A stretch of DNA of 64,000 bases from Mitosporidium daphniae. Its lineage: Eukaryota. The stretch is taken from contig NW_013546289.1 in NCBI RefSeq assembly GCF_000760515.2, forward strand, positions 1 through 64,000, given 5' to 3'. Numbering within the stretch: the stretch's first letter is position 1; each line of letters opens with the position of its first letter. Made by a program: the position numbers and the translations under genes. Below are positions 23,898 to 33,793 of this stretch, piece after piece. The notes under the pieces are model-generated. The model was not told the DNA's origin. It did not search any database and worked only from the letters and a program-made list of their open reading frames with translations.

Positions 23898-24794
23898 ATG
23901 AAAGTTTCTGAAAATCCCGATATGACTATTAGCAGCTCTGAGTATTCTTGGAATGCAGCTATCGAGGCGTTCGAATCAGAATGCGAACCAGACTTTTTAA
24001 ATGATCCTGTATTTATCTGTGAGTACGATCAGGAATTTATTGAGTTTGTTGAAAATTCCGAAAAAGGACGTTCGTTTGTCGTGATCAATGATCTAGCTAT
24101 TATTACGCACAACACCACCAAGGTGCATACATTTATACAGAAAGTGCTTGGCACGGAAATTTGTGGCGCTGCAACAAAAAACGCCAATCTTTCACCCATG
24201 GCTTTTCAATGCGATTATATCCTCTGCTGCAATGCCTATACTTGCGGATCCATTCAGCAAAAGTATTATGATGGCGGAGTCTATATCAAATATGATTGGA
24301 ATTTGAGCACAAAAAAGAATCCCGAAGTTGTATTTGAGGTGGCTTTTACACATGAGCCATTCGATGTGCTTTTCTATGAATGTTGCCACTTTCTGACTAG
24401 ATACGTCTCAGATACTATCTACTCTATTGGGATCTATATTCGCCCGTCTACTACTACTTTTGAAATGAGATTCTTCGTTCTTCAAAGAATTTGTCCTTAT
24501 AATGCGAGCGATGCTCTCTACATCGGTAATTTGTACATACGTCGCAAAAAGGATCCTAATCTGTGTTTATCTACTTGGATAAAAATCCCGAATCGTCTGA
24601 CGAGGCCATTTTGTGCCAAATTCTTTAACACAAATCTTTGCTACTCGCGACTTTTAACTCATGCCGATATCCTCAACGGAGCGTTCATTATATTTCGCTT
24701 AGATGACCTCGTATTAGATCAAAAAATAGAATTTTCGAATGAGATGCTTCTGGCATTGTATGGACTATGGGACGAATGGAGAGGAAACCAATAA
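23898..24794 (+). CDS. Putative Uma2/PD-(D/E)xK restriction-endonuclease-like protein (Crinkler C-terminal REase type)
   Basis: Intronless 298-aa ORF. TTKVH...KYYDGG...NPEVVFEVAFTHE...LFYEC..FLT...YSIGIYI follows the H...(P)D...PxxVxEVx...L...helix-beta pattern of Uma2-like nucleases. Confidence 0.55.
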   Translation: MKVSENPDMTISSSEYSWNAAIEAFESECEPDFLNDPVFICEYDQEFIEFVENSEKGRSFVVINDLAIITHNTTKVHTFIQKVLGTEICGAATKNANLSPMAFQCDYILCCNAYTCGSIQQKYYDGGVYIKYDWNLSTKKNPEVVFEVAFTHEPFDVLFYECCHFLTRYVSDTIYSIGIYIRPSTTTFEMRFFVLQRICPYNASDALYIGNLYIRRKKDPNLCLSTWIKIPNRLTRPFCAKFFNTNLCYSRLLTHADILNGAFIIFRLDDLVLDQKIEFSNEMLLALYGLWDEWRGNQ

Positions 24795-25731
24795 TTTACT
24801 AATAAATCTGGAATTTGTCATAAAAACATCGTTTAATATCATTTCAATGTGGGAGCTACAGACTCAAAAAACCCCGGTAATACGAATGCTTATTTACATA
24901 AACATACTTTAACCCGATTTGGGATCGGTTCAGTTGGACTCGTCGTAAGTTCTTCGACGATTGAGTGAATTATTCAAAAAGAAATATCATGATAAAATGA
25001 AAATATGACTCCAAGTGGAAAGTATGAAAATCATTTTTAACCTCAAAAAAGGATCCTTATCCAAAAGAGTATAAAAAGCAGTCGATTCGTTTTTTCAATT
25101 TTCACCAAGTAGAAATTATTCAAAAATCATCAAAATTAAACCCTGTAAAGGTAAAATCTACCCTATAAAATAAGCGTTTCAGTTTATGTTTTACAAGAAC
25201 CCAATAAACCATTTGGCTAAATAGCATTGACCGAAAGTATGCATTCGTTTTCAATAATATTAATGCGAATAAAAGAAACATCTATTTTTGATAACTGCAA
25301 TTCTATGAAAATTAAAAGGGTTACATGCCGAGGTCGGATAAATTTTACTTTTTCAGTACTAGATAGACTTTGCACAATTAATGATGCGGATTAGAAGGAG
25401 CAGGCAAAGAAATGTGTCGATTTTAAATACCATATATTCTCCATCCGAATATGCAAGAAAATGGAGTTTAACAGCCCTTAGCAAGATAATATTTCGTGGT
25501 TGTTCTCAAAATTCTTCAATTTTTCTTTTTAATACGATAATCATTAGCCCCTCTGAAAACAAAATCTGAGCTCTAAAGCGAATGATAAAATAATTTTTAT
25601 TAAAAATTTAGCTGGTGATTGCGCGATTTTCTGCGCTGATTGATGTATCTTTCTCTAAATTTGAATTAGCATTCGACGGGGCCTATATTTTATTAAAATA
25701 TAATTTAATTTTTAGTTGGAGAAACAGCAGC

Positions 25732-25804
25732 GCCCGGCTAGCTCAGTCGGTAGAGCGCGAGACTCTTAATCTCGCGGTCGTGGGTTCGAGCCCCACGTTG
25801 GGCG
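25732..25804 (+). tRNA. tRNA-Lys (anticodon CTT), intronless
   Basis: 73-nt cloverleaf GCCCGGCTAGCTCAGTCGGTAGAGC...GAGA-CT-CTT-AA-TCTC...GTGGGTTCGAGCCCCAC-GTTGGGCG, followed by a T-run Pol III terminator. Confidence 0.98.
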
Positions 25805-25847
25805 AAGTTTTTATTTTAAACCAGTGTGTAAATATTTTTATTTTTTG

Positions 25848-26197
25848 ATGGAAACGTTTACCTCCCTTGCTAGAGACATTTTGGGCCATCAGGCGCTGAA
25901 AAATGATAAAGTGCATATTTTAAAGAAAGCTGTAAAGTCCAAATATAAACAAAAATCTAAAGAAGAGAAAGCCAAATCCCTAAGGAAGCAAAAAAGGCTG
26001 TCAGCAGACCAAAAGAAAGCTCTTTTCAATCTTCCGCATAAATCAATTTCAGAATATGATTTAGAGGCAGAAAACCTTTTGAAAAAAAAAGCAACAATTG
26101 GAGGTATCATATGTATATCTAACTACTAGTTTTAAATCTATTTAATGCCATGAGTAGCCTCAAAAAAAGTGCATCAAGGGGCAAGATTGATGTATAG
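25848..26197 (+). CDS. RRP15: RRP15-like ribosome biogenesis protein (short)
   Basis: Removing a 26-nt intron (26104-26129) gives ENLLKKKATIGVLNLFNAM, the Rrp15 ATxGVVxLFNA motif. The protein is Lys-rich. Confidence 0.8.
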
Positions 26198-26245
26198 TAT
26201 GTCAAAATTCAAATAATAAACTTAAATTCATTTATTTAATCATCT

Positions 26246-27709
26246 ATGAAAGAGGTAATTATCTCCTTTGCCCCTGTAATATGCTCATTCCATCTCTGTG
26301 TTGGCGTAAATAACGTGTAGCTGGACTATTTGTTGGAGGAGGCATCCAGAAAGCAAAGTCTCAAGGAGGCTGAATTTTTTTATCGGAAATCCAAATTGGA
26401 TACTCTCAAGTCAGATCGCGATCAAAAATTGAGCCAACAACAGCAGCAGGCGCAACAGCCCAAGATGGAGCCGATAAACGTATCCATTTATATTTACATT
26501 TAAAGAAAACATTTGAAGAGATACCTTATCGCCGTGTGGAGGCGAACAGGGATAGCGTGACCGCACCCCCACCGCCATTTCTTAGTACCCCTTTCTTATA
26601 TGATGTTTTTTTAGAGTCAAAAAGTCGCCCTTCATTTATTAAGCCTACAAAAGAGTCCTATTATTCTGAAAAGGAGGTACTTTTCACCACATTGACGCAT
26701 TCAGGTAGCTGCCATTTCCGTTGTGCAGATGTGTGACGTCCCGACTTTTGGCCAAATTGGGAAGAAACCAAACCTTCAGATGACAATGGGGGACGGCAAC
26801 CTGCAGATGAAAACTGCCAAAGTGCTGCCTCATAAATCCGTTATCCTAAAAACGAAGCAGCCAAAGTCAAAAGACCTGATAGTTTTAAACCAGAAAAAAA
26901 GGGATTTGCGATCAATAGAGGAGATCCAATTAGAGCTCAGAAGGGGGCGGGAGATGCAATCAACATCAGGAGGCAGTGAAAAAAAGACTTTGGCAAATGT
27001 CAATGCTCCTACAGTATCGGCGGCTTTTCGGTCACAATCCCAAACGATTCCGATACCTGGCTCAACGGAACATGGAAAAAGGAATCAAAAATTGGCTACT
27101 TTGAAAAGGCTAGATTCTGTATTTATGAATGCCAATAGCAAAAATGTCAATGGCATCGCCGTAACAAACCATATAGAGAGCCCAGTGAAATCCACACAAA
27201 GGGACAATTCTGAGCGCTTGGAACGAAAAGATGACACGGTGGTACCAAAACGAAAAGATGACACGGTGGTACCAAAAAGAAAAGATTTCCTTGTTAATCC
27301 TTCTGGATACCCTGCGGTTAAGGTTGCACGCGCGGAGGATCCAGCTTTAAAGAAAAAGGCCCGGCATATTGGTCAATCGTCGGCCAAGCTTCGGATTGAA
27401 GACTCGGATTTTGATGATGTACTGAACGAAGATGCAGAAAAATTTTATGAAAAGAACTACTCATCGGTTATTGGAAAGCTTTTCAACTATGACAAGTTCA
27501 GGTGTATTCTTTCTACTGACAACATAGATTTTGCAACGAGGATCAAGGTGATCTTTCAGATATGGAGGTTGGATTTTCCGGGATTAGAAGAGAAGAAAAT
27601 AGAAGGTAAGCATGTGAGTGTCCCACATTGTAGCGCAAAAATCGCCATGTTCGAGGATCGAAGAGAGACCCTGCTGCTAAAAAAGCTACACTTGAAAAAT
27701 AAAAACTGA
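26246..27709 (+). CDS. SPT2: SPT2-like chromatin protein, multi-exon
   Basis: The spliced C-terminus IGKLFNYDKFRFCNEDQGDLSDMEVGFSGIRREENRSAKIAMFED matches the Spt2 C-terminal motif (introns 27502-27527 and 27606-27633). Confidence 0.8.
27222..27286. repeat. 27-bp in-frame tandem duplication (RKDDTVVPK x2)
   Basis: Directly visible. Confidence 0.9.
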
Positions 27710-27763
27710 AGGTGTATTGAGCCCGGAGTTTTTAATTTAATTTTTTCATTCCCATTGCCGCTG

Positions 27764-30700
27764 ATGGGAGTCCCCGCCCTCTTCAAGTGGCTCAACAACA
27801 AGTATCCAAGAATCATTTCCTCTGTAATCGAAGACGATGCTATTGATGAGAACGGGTCTTCAGCAGATGGTGGCAAATTGCCCGATCTTTTGCATCCAAA
27901 TCCAAATGGCTTCGAGGTTGACAACCTCTATTTGGACATGAATGGCATTATCCATCCATGCTGCCATCCTGAGGATGAAGACGCCCCTGCAGACGAAGAG
28001 GCCATGTTTAACGCGATATTTGCATATATTGAGCGCCTATTTGCCATGGCTCGACCGCGCCACTTGCTTTATATGGCCGTCGATGGAGTGGCACCTCGTG
28101 CCAAAATGAACCAGCAACGGTCACGCCGCTTCAGAGCTGCTCAGGAAGCCCAAGAACAATTGGAGGCTAGCAAAATATTCCGAAACGCGCTTCGTAGCAA
28201 CGGAGCCGAAGTAATCCCAGAGCCAGATGCCGATAAGGGTGATGGGCTACCTACACCGGGAAGCTTCGACTCCAACTGCATCACGCCTGGAACAGCTTTT
28301 ATGGCAAACCTTAGCACGGCTCTTCGCCGCTTTATCACAGAGAAAATCTCTACGCAAAGCAGCTGGTCTTGTATCCAGATTATCCTCTCAGACGCCTCCG
28401 TGCCTGGTGAGGGCGAACACAAGATCATGGATTTCATTCGCCAACAGCAGGCAGCACCGGGGTATCCTCCAAGTATGACTCATGCCATGTATGGCCTTGA
28501 TGCTGATCTCATCATGCTAGCCCTTGCTACGCACGAGCCCAACTTTTTTGTGTTGCGCGAAGATGTCTTTGGCGAGCAGTCAGACAAGCGTCGCAACAAC
28601 AATTGCTACAGATGCGGGGCCGCGGGACATCATGCATCTGGATGTACCTCTGCAGAGATTTCACTCAAACGGATGCGCACAACTTCTCCCCATCAGCGAA
28701 AACCATTTATATGGTTGAGCGTTGCCATTTTACGCGAGTACTTGCATTACGAGTTCACGTGGAAACGATCTCCCAGAGTTGGGGATTTCAATTTTGAAGC
28801 TCTTATAGATGACTGGATCTTTCTGATTTTCTTTGTCGGCAATGACTTTCTACCACATTTGCCTTCTCTCTCAATCCACGAAGGAGCCATCGATCTTCTA
28901 CTTGATCTCTATAAACAGACCATTCTTCCGGCATCGATGTCCAGCTCTCTGCAAAAACCAGTACCAACTTCCAGTCGTGGCCTTTTAGAGGATGACTCAA
29001 GCATTATGCTGACACATCGTGGGGAAGTCAATGTTGCCAGAGTAATTGAACTGCTAGCCCATCTTGGAAAATTAGAAGATAAGATTTTTGCTCTTAGAAA
29101 GGCACGTTATGAAAGGTTTGAGTCTCCCAAAAAGACGGATAGCTCGCTCCACAATGCCACTAGCACTGGAGGATCGGTAACAGACAAAAATCTCGCTACC
29201 CCAGAAGTGGGGCTAACTTCCCCAAATCCGGTTGTCACTCGTCGGTCCAGAATTGCTGGTTCCGTCTCTTTAGAGCCTACGGCACTCAAAGCGCAATTCT
29301 TTGATCCAAACAAACCTGTTGCAGCTCCTCAAAAGAGAAAGAATTTCGACGATAATAACATGTCCAATCCTGAGCCCACTCTAGAAGACAAATCCAAGAT
29401 CCCAAATTCCGAACATGCAGCAATAGATGTCGGTCCTCTTCAACACCCCACATGTGAACCGTTAAACCCGGATGCCGCGCAGAAAGCCCCAGATGAGATT
29501 CACCTTTGGGAGGCAGGCGCCAAAGAAAAATATTACTTTGACAAACTCGGGTTTGCTCCAGAAGACACAGAGTCTAGAGCTGCCATGGTACGCGCCTATG
29601 TTGAGGGTCTGGCCTGGGTAATGGCATACTATTATAAGGGGTGTGTTTCATGGACCTGGTTCTACCCTTTCCACTATGCTCCTTTTGCCTCGGACTTTCA
29701 TCTGTTGGCGCGAGACAACGCTTCTATCTCTTTTGCGAAAGGTTCTCCATTTCGCCCTTTTGAGCAGCTACTTGGTGTGCTTCCAGAGGCCAGCTCATCA
29801 CTGCTGCCCTTATCTTTTGCCAAGTTGATGAGAAATGTTGATTCACCGATAATTGACTTTTACCCGACGACGTTCAAAATTGACTTGAATGGGAAAAAGC
29901 ACAGCTGGAAAGGTGTAGCTTTGCTCCCATTTATCGACCAAAGCAGGCTTCTCACCGCAGCATGTTCCATTTCGGAAAATATGCTTTCTGAAGAAGAACA
30001 AAAGCGCAACCGTTTCGGCACCGATCTCTACTTTGTAGGTGGGAAGAGCCAGACTCATGAATATATCCGCCAAAACTTTGAATCGGCCATGTCACTTTCG
30101 TTGATGTTGAATCCTCAAGGCGTTGAGGGCAAGATATCGACGACTGGCGTTGAGGGCAAGATATCGACGACTGGCGTTGAGGGCAAGATATCGACGACTG
30201 GCGTTGTGCACGACGACAAGGCCTCAGTAGCCCTAGTCCCTCATGAATTCATCTTCGAAAACCCATATCCAGAGCGGCCCCTCTCATTTGCCCCTGCACT
30301 TCTTCCTGGGGCAGCTATTCCTCCACGCACGATATCGATTGATGATTTCCGTCGAGCCAAGTTTTCGCGGCAAACTCTTCGATCCACATATCCAGCCTCG
30401 CTATTGCACCATCACCACCACCATTCGATGCATCGAGAGTATGACGAAAAATTGGAAGCAAACAATGCCGCCGCTGTCTCGAATATCAAAGGCTTCAATG
30501 CAGAAAGCTGGCAGCAGACACACGGCCTGCCCCAAGTTCATCCCCAGTCTCAAGCATATCCACAGTACCAGTACGATCCGCAACGGCCCTCCTATCAACA
30601 GCATGCCTATCATCAGCAGGCCTATCATCAGCAATATGGCAGTCATAATTCCGGGCCTAGAGATGCCCGTTTTCAAAACCGCTCGCATCATCGCGATCAG

Positions 30701-31057
30701 CCACCTTCACAGGCCTATCATAGCCGAGATTCACCGCAGCAGTATGCCAATGCCAATAGCGGGGCCTACCCGTCATATGGGGCCCATCATTCCCAGTCAA
30801 TACCAGCTCAACGGCCTTGTGAGTATCCCATGTTTCCTCCTCAAAATCGGTATGCTCCAGCAGATCAAGATTCCCATCTATATGGTGAACGCTATTCCTA
30901 TCCGCAATATCCATCGCCCCATGGCCAAATCAATCCATATGTGCAGTACCTTAGTAACATGGCGAGTGGTCCCGCAGCGCCAGCAACTCATATCCCCTAT
31001 CCAGATTATGGAGCTACCCGGCAGAACCATGGCCATGGCAAGGAGAGGAAAATGTAA
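27764..31057 (+). CDS. XRN2: 5'-3' exoribonuclease 2 (XRN2/Rat1)
   Basis: MGVPALFKWL, DNLYLDMNGIIHPC, DGVAPRAKMNQQRSRRF, PGEGEHKIM, YGLDADLIML, CCHC knuckle CYRCGAAGHHASGC, and a Q/Y/P/H-rich tail. Intronless. Confidence 0.96.
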   Translation: MGVPALFKWLNNKYPRIISSVIEDDAIDENGSSADGGKLPDLLHPNPNGFEVDNLYLDMNGIIHPCCHPEDEDAPADEEAMFNAIFAYIERLFAMARPRHLLYMAVDGVAPRAKMNQQRSRRFRAAQEAQEQLEASKIFRNALRSNGAEVIPEPDADKGDGLPTPGSFDSNCITPGTAFMANLSTALRRFITEKISTQSSWSCIQIILSDASVPGEGEHKIMDFIRQQQAAPGYPPSMTHAMYGLDADLIMLALATHEPNFFVLREDVFGEQSDKRRNNNCYRCGAAGHHASGCTSAEISLKRMRTTSPHQRKPFIWLSVAILREYLHYEFTWKRSPRVGDFNFEALIDDWIFLIFFVGNDFLPHLPSLSIHEGAIDLLLDLYKQTILPASMSSSLQKPVPTSSRGLLEDDSSIMLTHRGEVNVARVIELLAHLGKLEDKIFALRKARYERFESPKKTDSSLHNATSTGGSVTDKNLATPEVGLTSPNPVVTRRSRIAGSVSLEPTALKAQFFDPNKPVAAPQKRKNFDDNNMSNPEPTLEDKSKIPNSEHAAIDVGPLQHPTCEPLNPDAAQKAPDEIHLWEAGAKEKYYFDKLGFAPEDTESRAAMVRAYVEGLAWVMAYYYKGCVSWTWFYPFHYAPFASDFHLLARDNASISFAKGSPFRPFEQLLGVLPEASSSLLPLSFAKLMRNVDSPIIDFYPTTFKIDLNGKKHSWKGVALLPFIDQSRLLTAACSISENMLSEEEQKRNRFGTDLYFVGGKSQTHEYIRQNFESAMSLSLMLNPQGVEGKISTTGVEGKISTTGVEGKISTTGVVHDDKASVALVPHEFIFENPYPERPLSFAPALLPGAAIPPRTISIDDFRRAKFSRQTLRSTYPASLLHHHHHHSMHREYDEKLEANNAAAVSNIKGFNAESWQQTHGLPQVHPQSQAYPQYQYDPQRPSYQQHAYHQQAYHQQYGSHNSGPRDARFQNRSHHRDQPPSQAYHSRDSPQQYANANSGAYPSYGAHHSQSIPAQRPCEYPMFPPQNRYAPADQDSHLYGERYSYPQYPSPHGQINPYVQYLSNMASGPAAPATHIPYPDYGATRQNHGHGKERKM
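30119..30206. repeat. Perfect 27-bp in-frame triplication (GVEGKISTT x3)
   Basis: GGCGTTGAGGGCAAGATATCGACGACT x3 plus a partial copy. Confidence 0.95.
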
Positions 31058-31191
31058 ATGGAAGTCAAAGGAGCCTCAGTGTTCACTAACTAACTAGTAA
31101 AGTGATCCCAGTAATTTCTATCTTGCAAAAGGAAATTATTTTTTTATGTTTAAGGTAGCTAGTTTTTATTCATGAATGATGGTATTTCGGG

Positions 31192-31866
31192 TTAAAAGAG
31201 CAATTTCTTATGTGAGTGCTCCGGGTGTACCAGGAAGCACTTGGCTTGAGGCTTCTCTGCCGTTGTCGAAGTTGAGACAGGAGTGGAGATGGACACGTAC
31301 GGCTCACATGAGGGGACAGTTACCGTTGATAGGCGGTTTTTCATGCAAGTTATCGTGTTAGTCAAAACAAATAAATCTGGCGTGGTGAGTGTAAAAGTGG
31401 TAATCGTGGGTTTGATTACAGTGCAGACCATGGTGGTGGGGATGCGCACAGAGACCGTGTCCAATTGGCTGGAGATTTTGGTAAACATACGCGTGCATAT
31501 GCTGTTCAGAGTCACCGTGTCTGCGCCTCTGGAGCTTGTCACCACAGAAACGACCGTTCTGCATGTTTCCTTTGTTTTTGTGACAACGAGAGGTGGGAGC
31601 TGTATCGACGACACTACCGGGGTTGCGACGGTCATGTAGCTGACAGAAAAATTGGTAAATGTCGAAACAGATGTCTCCGTAACGGTCGTGACGCTGGTGC
31701 TGATATCCTGAGCGGTTGTCGTTGGCAAGATGGAGGGTCGCGATAAATTGGAGATGGGGCAGCGGATAGCTTCGATGGTATCGTAATAGCAGACGCTTTG
31801 GGACAGAACAGCTCGCACTTCAAAGAATGCCAACACGAAAAGACATGTTCTAAAGTATGAGTTCAT
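31192..31866 (-). CDS. Secreted Thr/Ser/Val-rich, Cys-containing protein
   Basis: Signal-peptide-like MNSYFRTCLFVLAFFEVRAVLS followed by a Thr-rich body with spaced Cys. Intronless. Confidence 0.7.
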   Translation of the reverse strand: MNSYFRTCLFVLAFFEVRAVLSQSVCYYDTIEAIRCPISNLSRPSILPTTTAQDISTSVTTVTETSVSTFTNFSVSYMTVATPVVSSIQLPPLVVTKTKETCRTVVSVVTSSRGADTVTLNSICTRMFTKISSQLDTVSVRIPTTMVCTVIKPTITTFTLTTPDLFVLTNTITCMKNRLSTVTVPSCEPYVSISTPVSTSTTAEKPQAKCFLVHPEHSHKKLLF

Positions 31867-32050
31867 CGCTAACACAGCTGCATGGCACGGGGATTTTAAA
31901 GGGACCTCGCAACTGCTTCAGTTGGTCCAATTTTGACTGAAATTTTCACAATTTAATTTTTAAAATTTTCGCCGATGATTGGTCTTTGATTCTTGGGGAA
32001 CCATTCACATTGTTGCTCTTATTGATTTTGTTTGCTTATTTGTTTGCCAT

Positions 32051-32410
32051 ATGAAGTATGAACTTCCTGTTCCTGGATATATACACCTAAGATCGCCACC
32101 GGTTTCCTCTCTCAACCTGCCTTGCTCCTTTGAGGACGACGACGTTCCAGAATCCCCGCCAGTGTCGCCCTCGACGGATTACTTGTCTGCAATGGAGCTT
32201 TTGTACGAATCAAGGGCCAGAGGTGCAAAGTGGGACCACTCGATCATCATAAACGGGATTGTGTATAGGATCCGAAAATCCTGCGTGCCAAGCCCATGTG
32301 TGCTCAGGGCAAGAAAGAAAAAGCTTCCTTGTGGAAGAAAATATCCAACCGGGCTCGGTTGGCCGCAAAAGGCAGCATCGATTTTTGTTAGTCTCGATAT
32401 TTCGGAATAA
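32051..32410 (+). CDS. Hypothetical protein
   Basis: ATG ORF filling an otherwise long gap, with AATAAA overlapping the stop. No family recognised. Confidence 0.35.
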   Translation: MKYELPVPGYIHLRSPPVSSLNLPCSFEDDDVPESPPVSPSTDYLSAMELLYESRARGAKWDHSIIINGIVYRIRKSCVPSPCVLRARKKKLPCGRKYPTGLGWPQKAASIFVSLDISE

Positions 32411-32502
32411 AAACAAGTTGACGCGTTTGCTGCTGTTTGGTTTATTATTAACTCCTATTTTACAAAATGTCGATTGGAACGGCGCGCGATGGCGCTGACA
32501 AA

Positions 32503-33548
32503 TCAGCTTTTCTCTGAAGCCGACAAAAATTGCAGTCGAGATGACTTTGCGGTGGAGGCCAAAGTGACGTCATCCCACAACCCAAGAAGCGGAGAGGGGA
32601 GCGACGAGACCGGGTCAAGAATCGGTGTTTGATCGCCACATAGGCCCATCAGTTTGAGGAGCTCAAGATCCTCATGGATTGAAAATGGGGCATCAAAGTC
32701 AAAATAGTAATGCGTCCTAACCATAAAAGGCATCCCCAGCATACCTGTCCTCCAACATTTCGCAGTTTATGCGCGTGTCTTTTGGGGCATTGATCAATAT
32801 AAACGGAAGGTGCAAAATGTCTGATGAACAAGGAGAGCCGCTTGTATCTTCAGCAGATTTGTTCCTCAAAATGAGGTTCTTCATTGCAATATGCTAGGGG
32901 TGGGATATCTCGATGCTTACCCTTGAAATTAGATCCTGTACATGCTTTCTTTTTTGGAGAATCCGCTCTTCAATTGAAGAGCGCTCCAGCAAAAGAGATT
33001 CATAGTCATGAAGAAGGGTATTGGGCAAACCAACCCACGTAATTTCCTTCCTGTTCTTGTAAATTATGTTCATGGCCATCAAAACGTTCAGCGCATCATA
33101 GACTCTTCGGCGAATGTTTTTTTGGTCTCCCTACAGTAAAAAGGAATAAAATCGAAATCCAAATGCAAATCAACAAAAATATCAATGATGCATGAATGGC
33201 GGCCACATAGAAAGCACAATACCAAAAGTTCGCCGCCCAAATCAGCGACAAGCTCATCGGCAACCTAATCATAAATGCATGCCAGCAAAAGGGATACGCG
33301 CATTCGCAATGCAAAGGCATGAAAAGATGCAAAACAACGAAACGTACCTCATTATACGTGGTAACACCCTTTTCTTCCACTTTTTTACACACACACAGCG
33401 AAAAATGGCGGAGGCCTTTGGTGAGACATTGATTGCTACTTCCACGAAGGGGATGGGGGGTACTCCTAGCAGTCACTTTTCTGTGATCCGACGGCGAAGA
33501 AGCTGGAGTAAGCGTGGAGGAGTGGAGACCCGATGATTGTACAAACAT
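32503..33548 (-). CDS. TFDP1: E2F dimerisation partner DP (TFDP), multi-exon
   Basis: [30 protein letters not shown]...|[35 protein letters not shown] and [22 protein letters not shown]. Confidence 0.95.
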
Positions 33549-33793
33549 TGGTATATTTGCGAGGCACTGAGTGTAGCGAGTGTTGCAAAGATATGCCCTC
33601 TATGGTTCTTGAAAAAGATTGCACAAAAACCAGGGTGTGAAGTTGTAAGCCAAGCCTTTTTACCCTAGAAATCAATCGTAAAATCCCTTTAAATTCTAAA
33701 TTGTGCCCATTTGCAGCAATTCATTGCTAATACATTCTCAGCCTGGCAGATATGCCCATCTTGTGATTTGATTTAATTTAATTAAAAAATTAG

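Noticed and set aside
30243..31097. 284-aa overlapping ORF in another frame of the XRN2 tail
   Set aside because: There is no recognisable domain; it is explained by low-complexity codon composition of the real frame.
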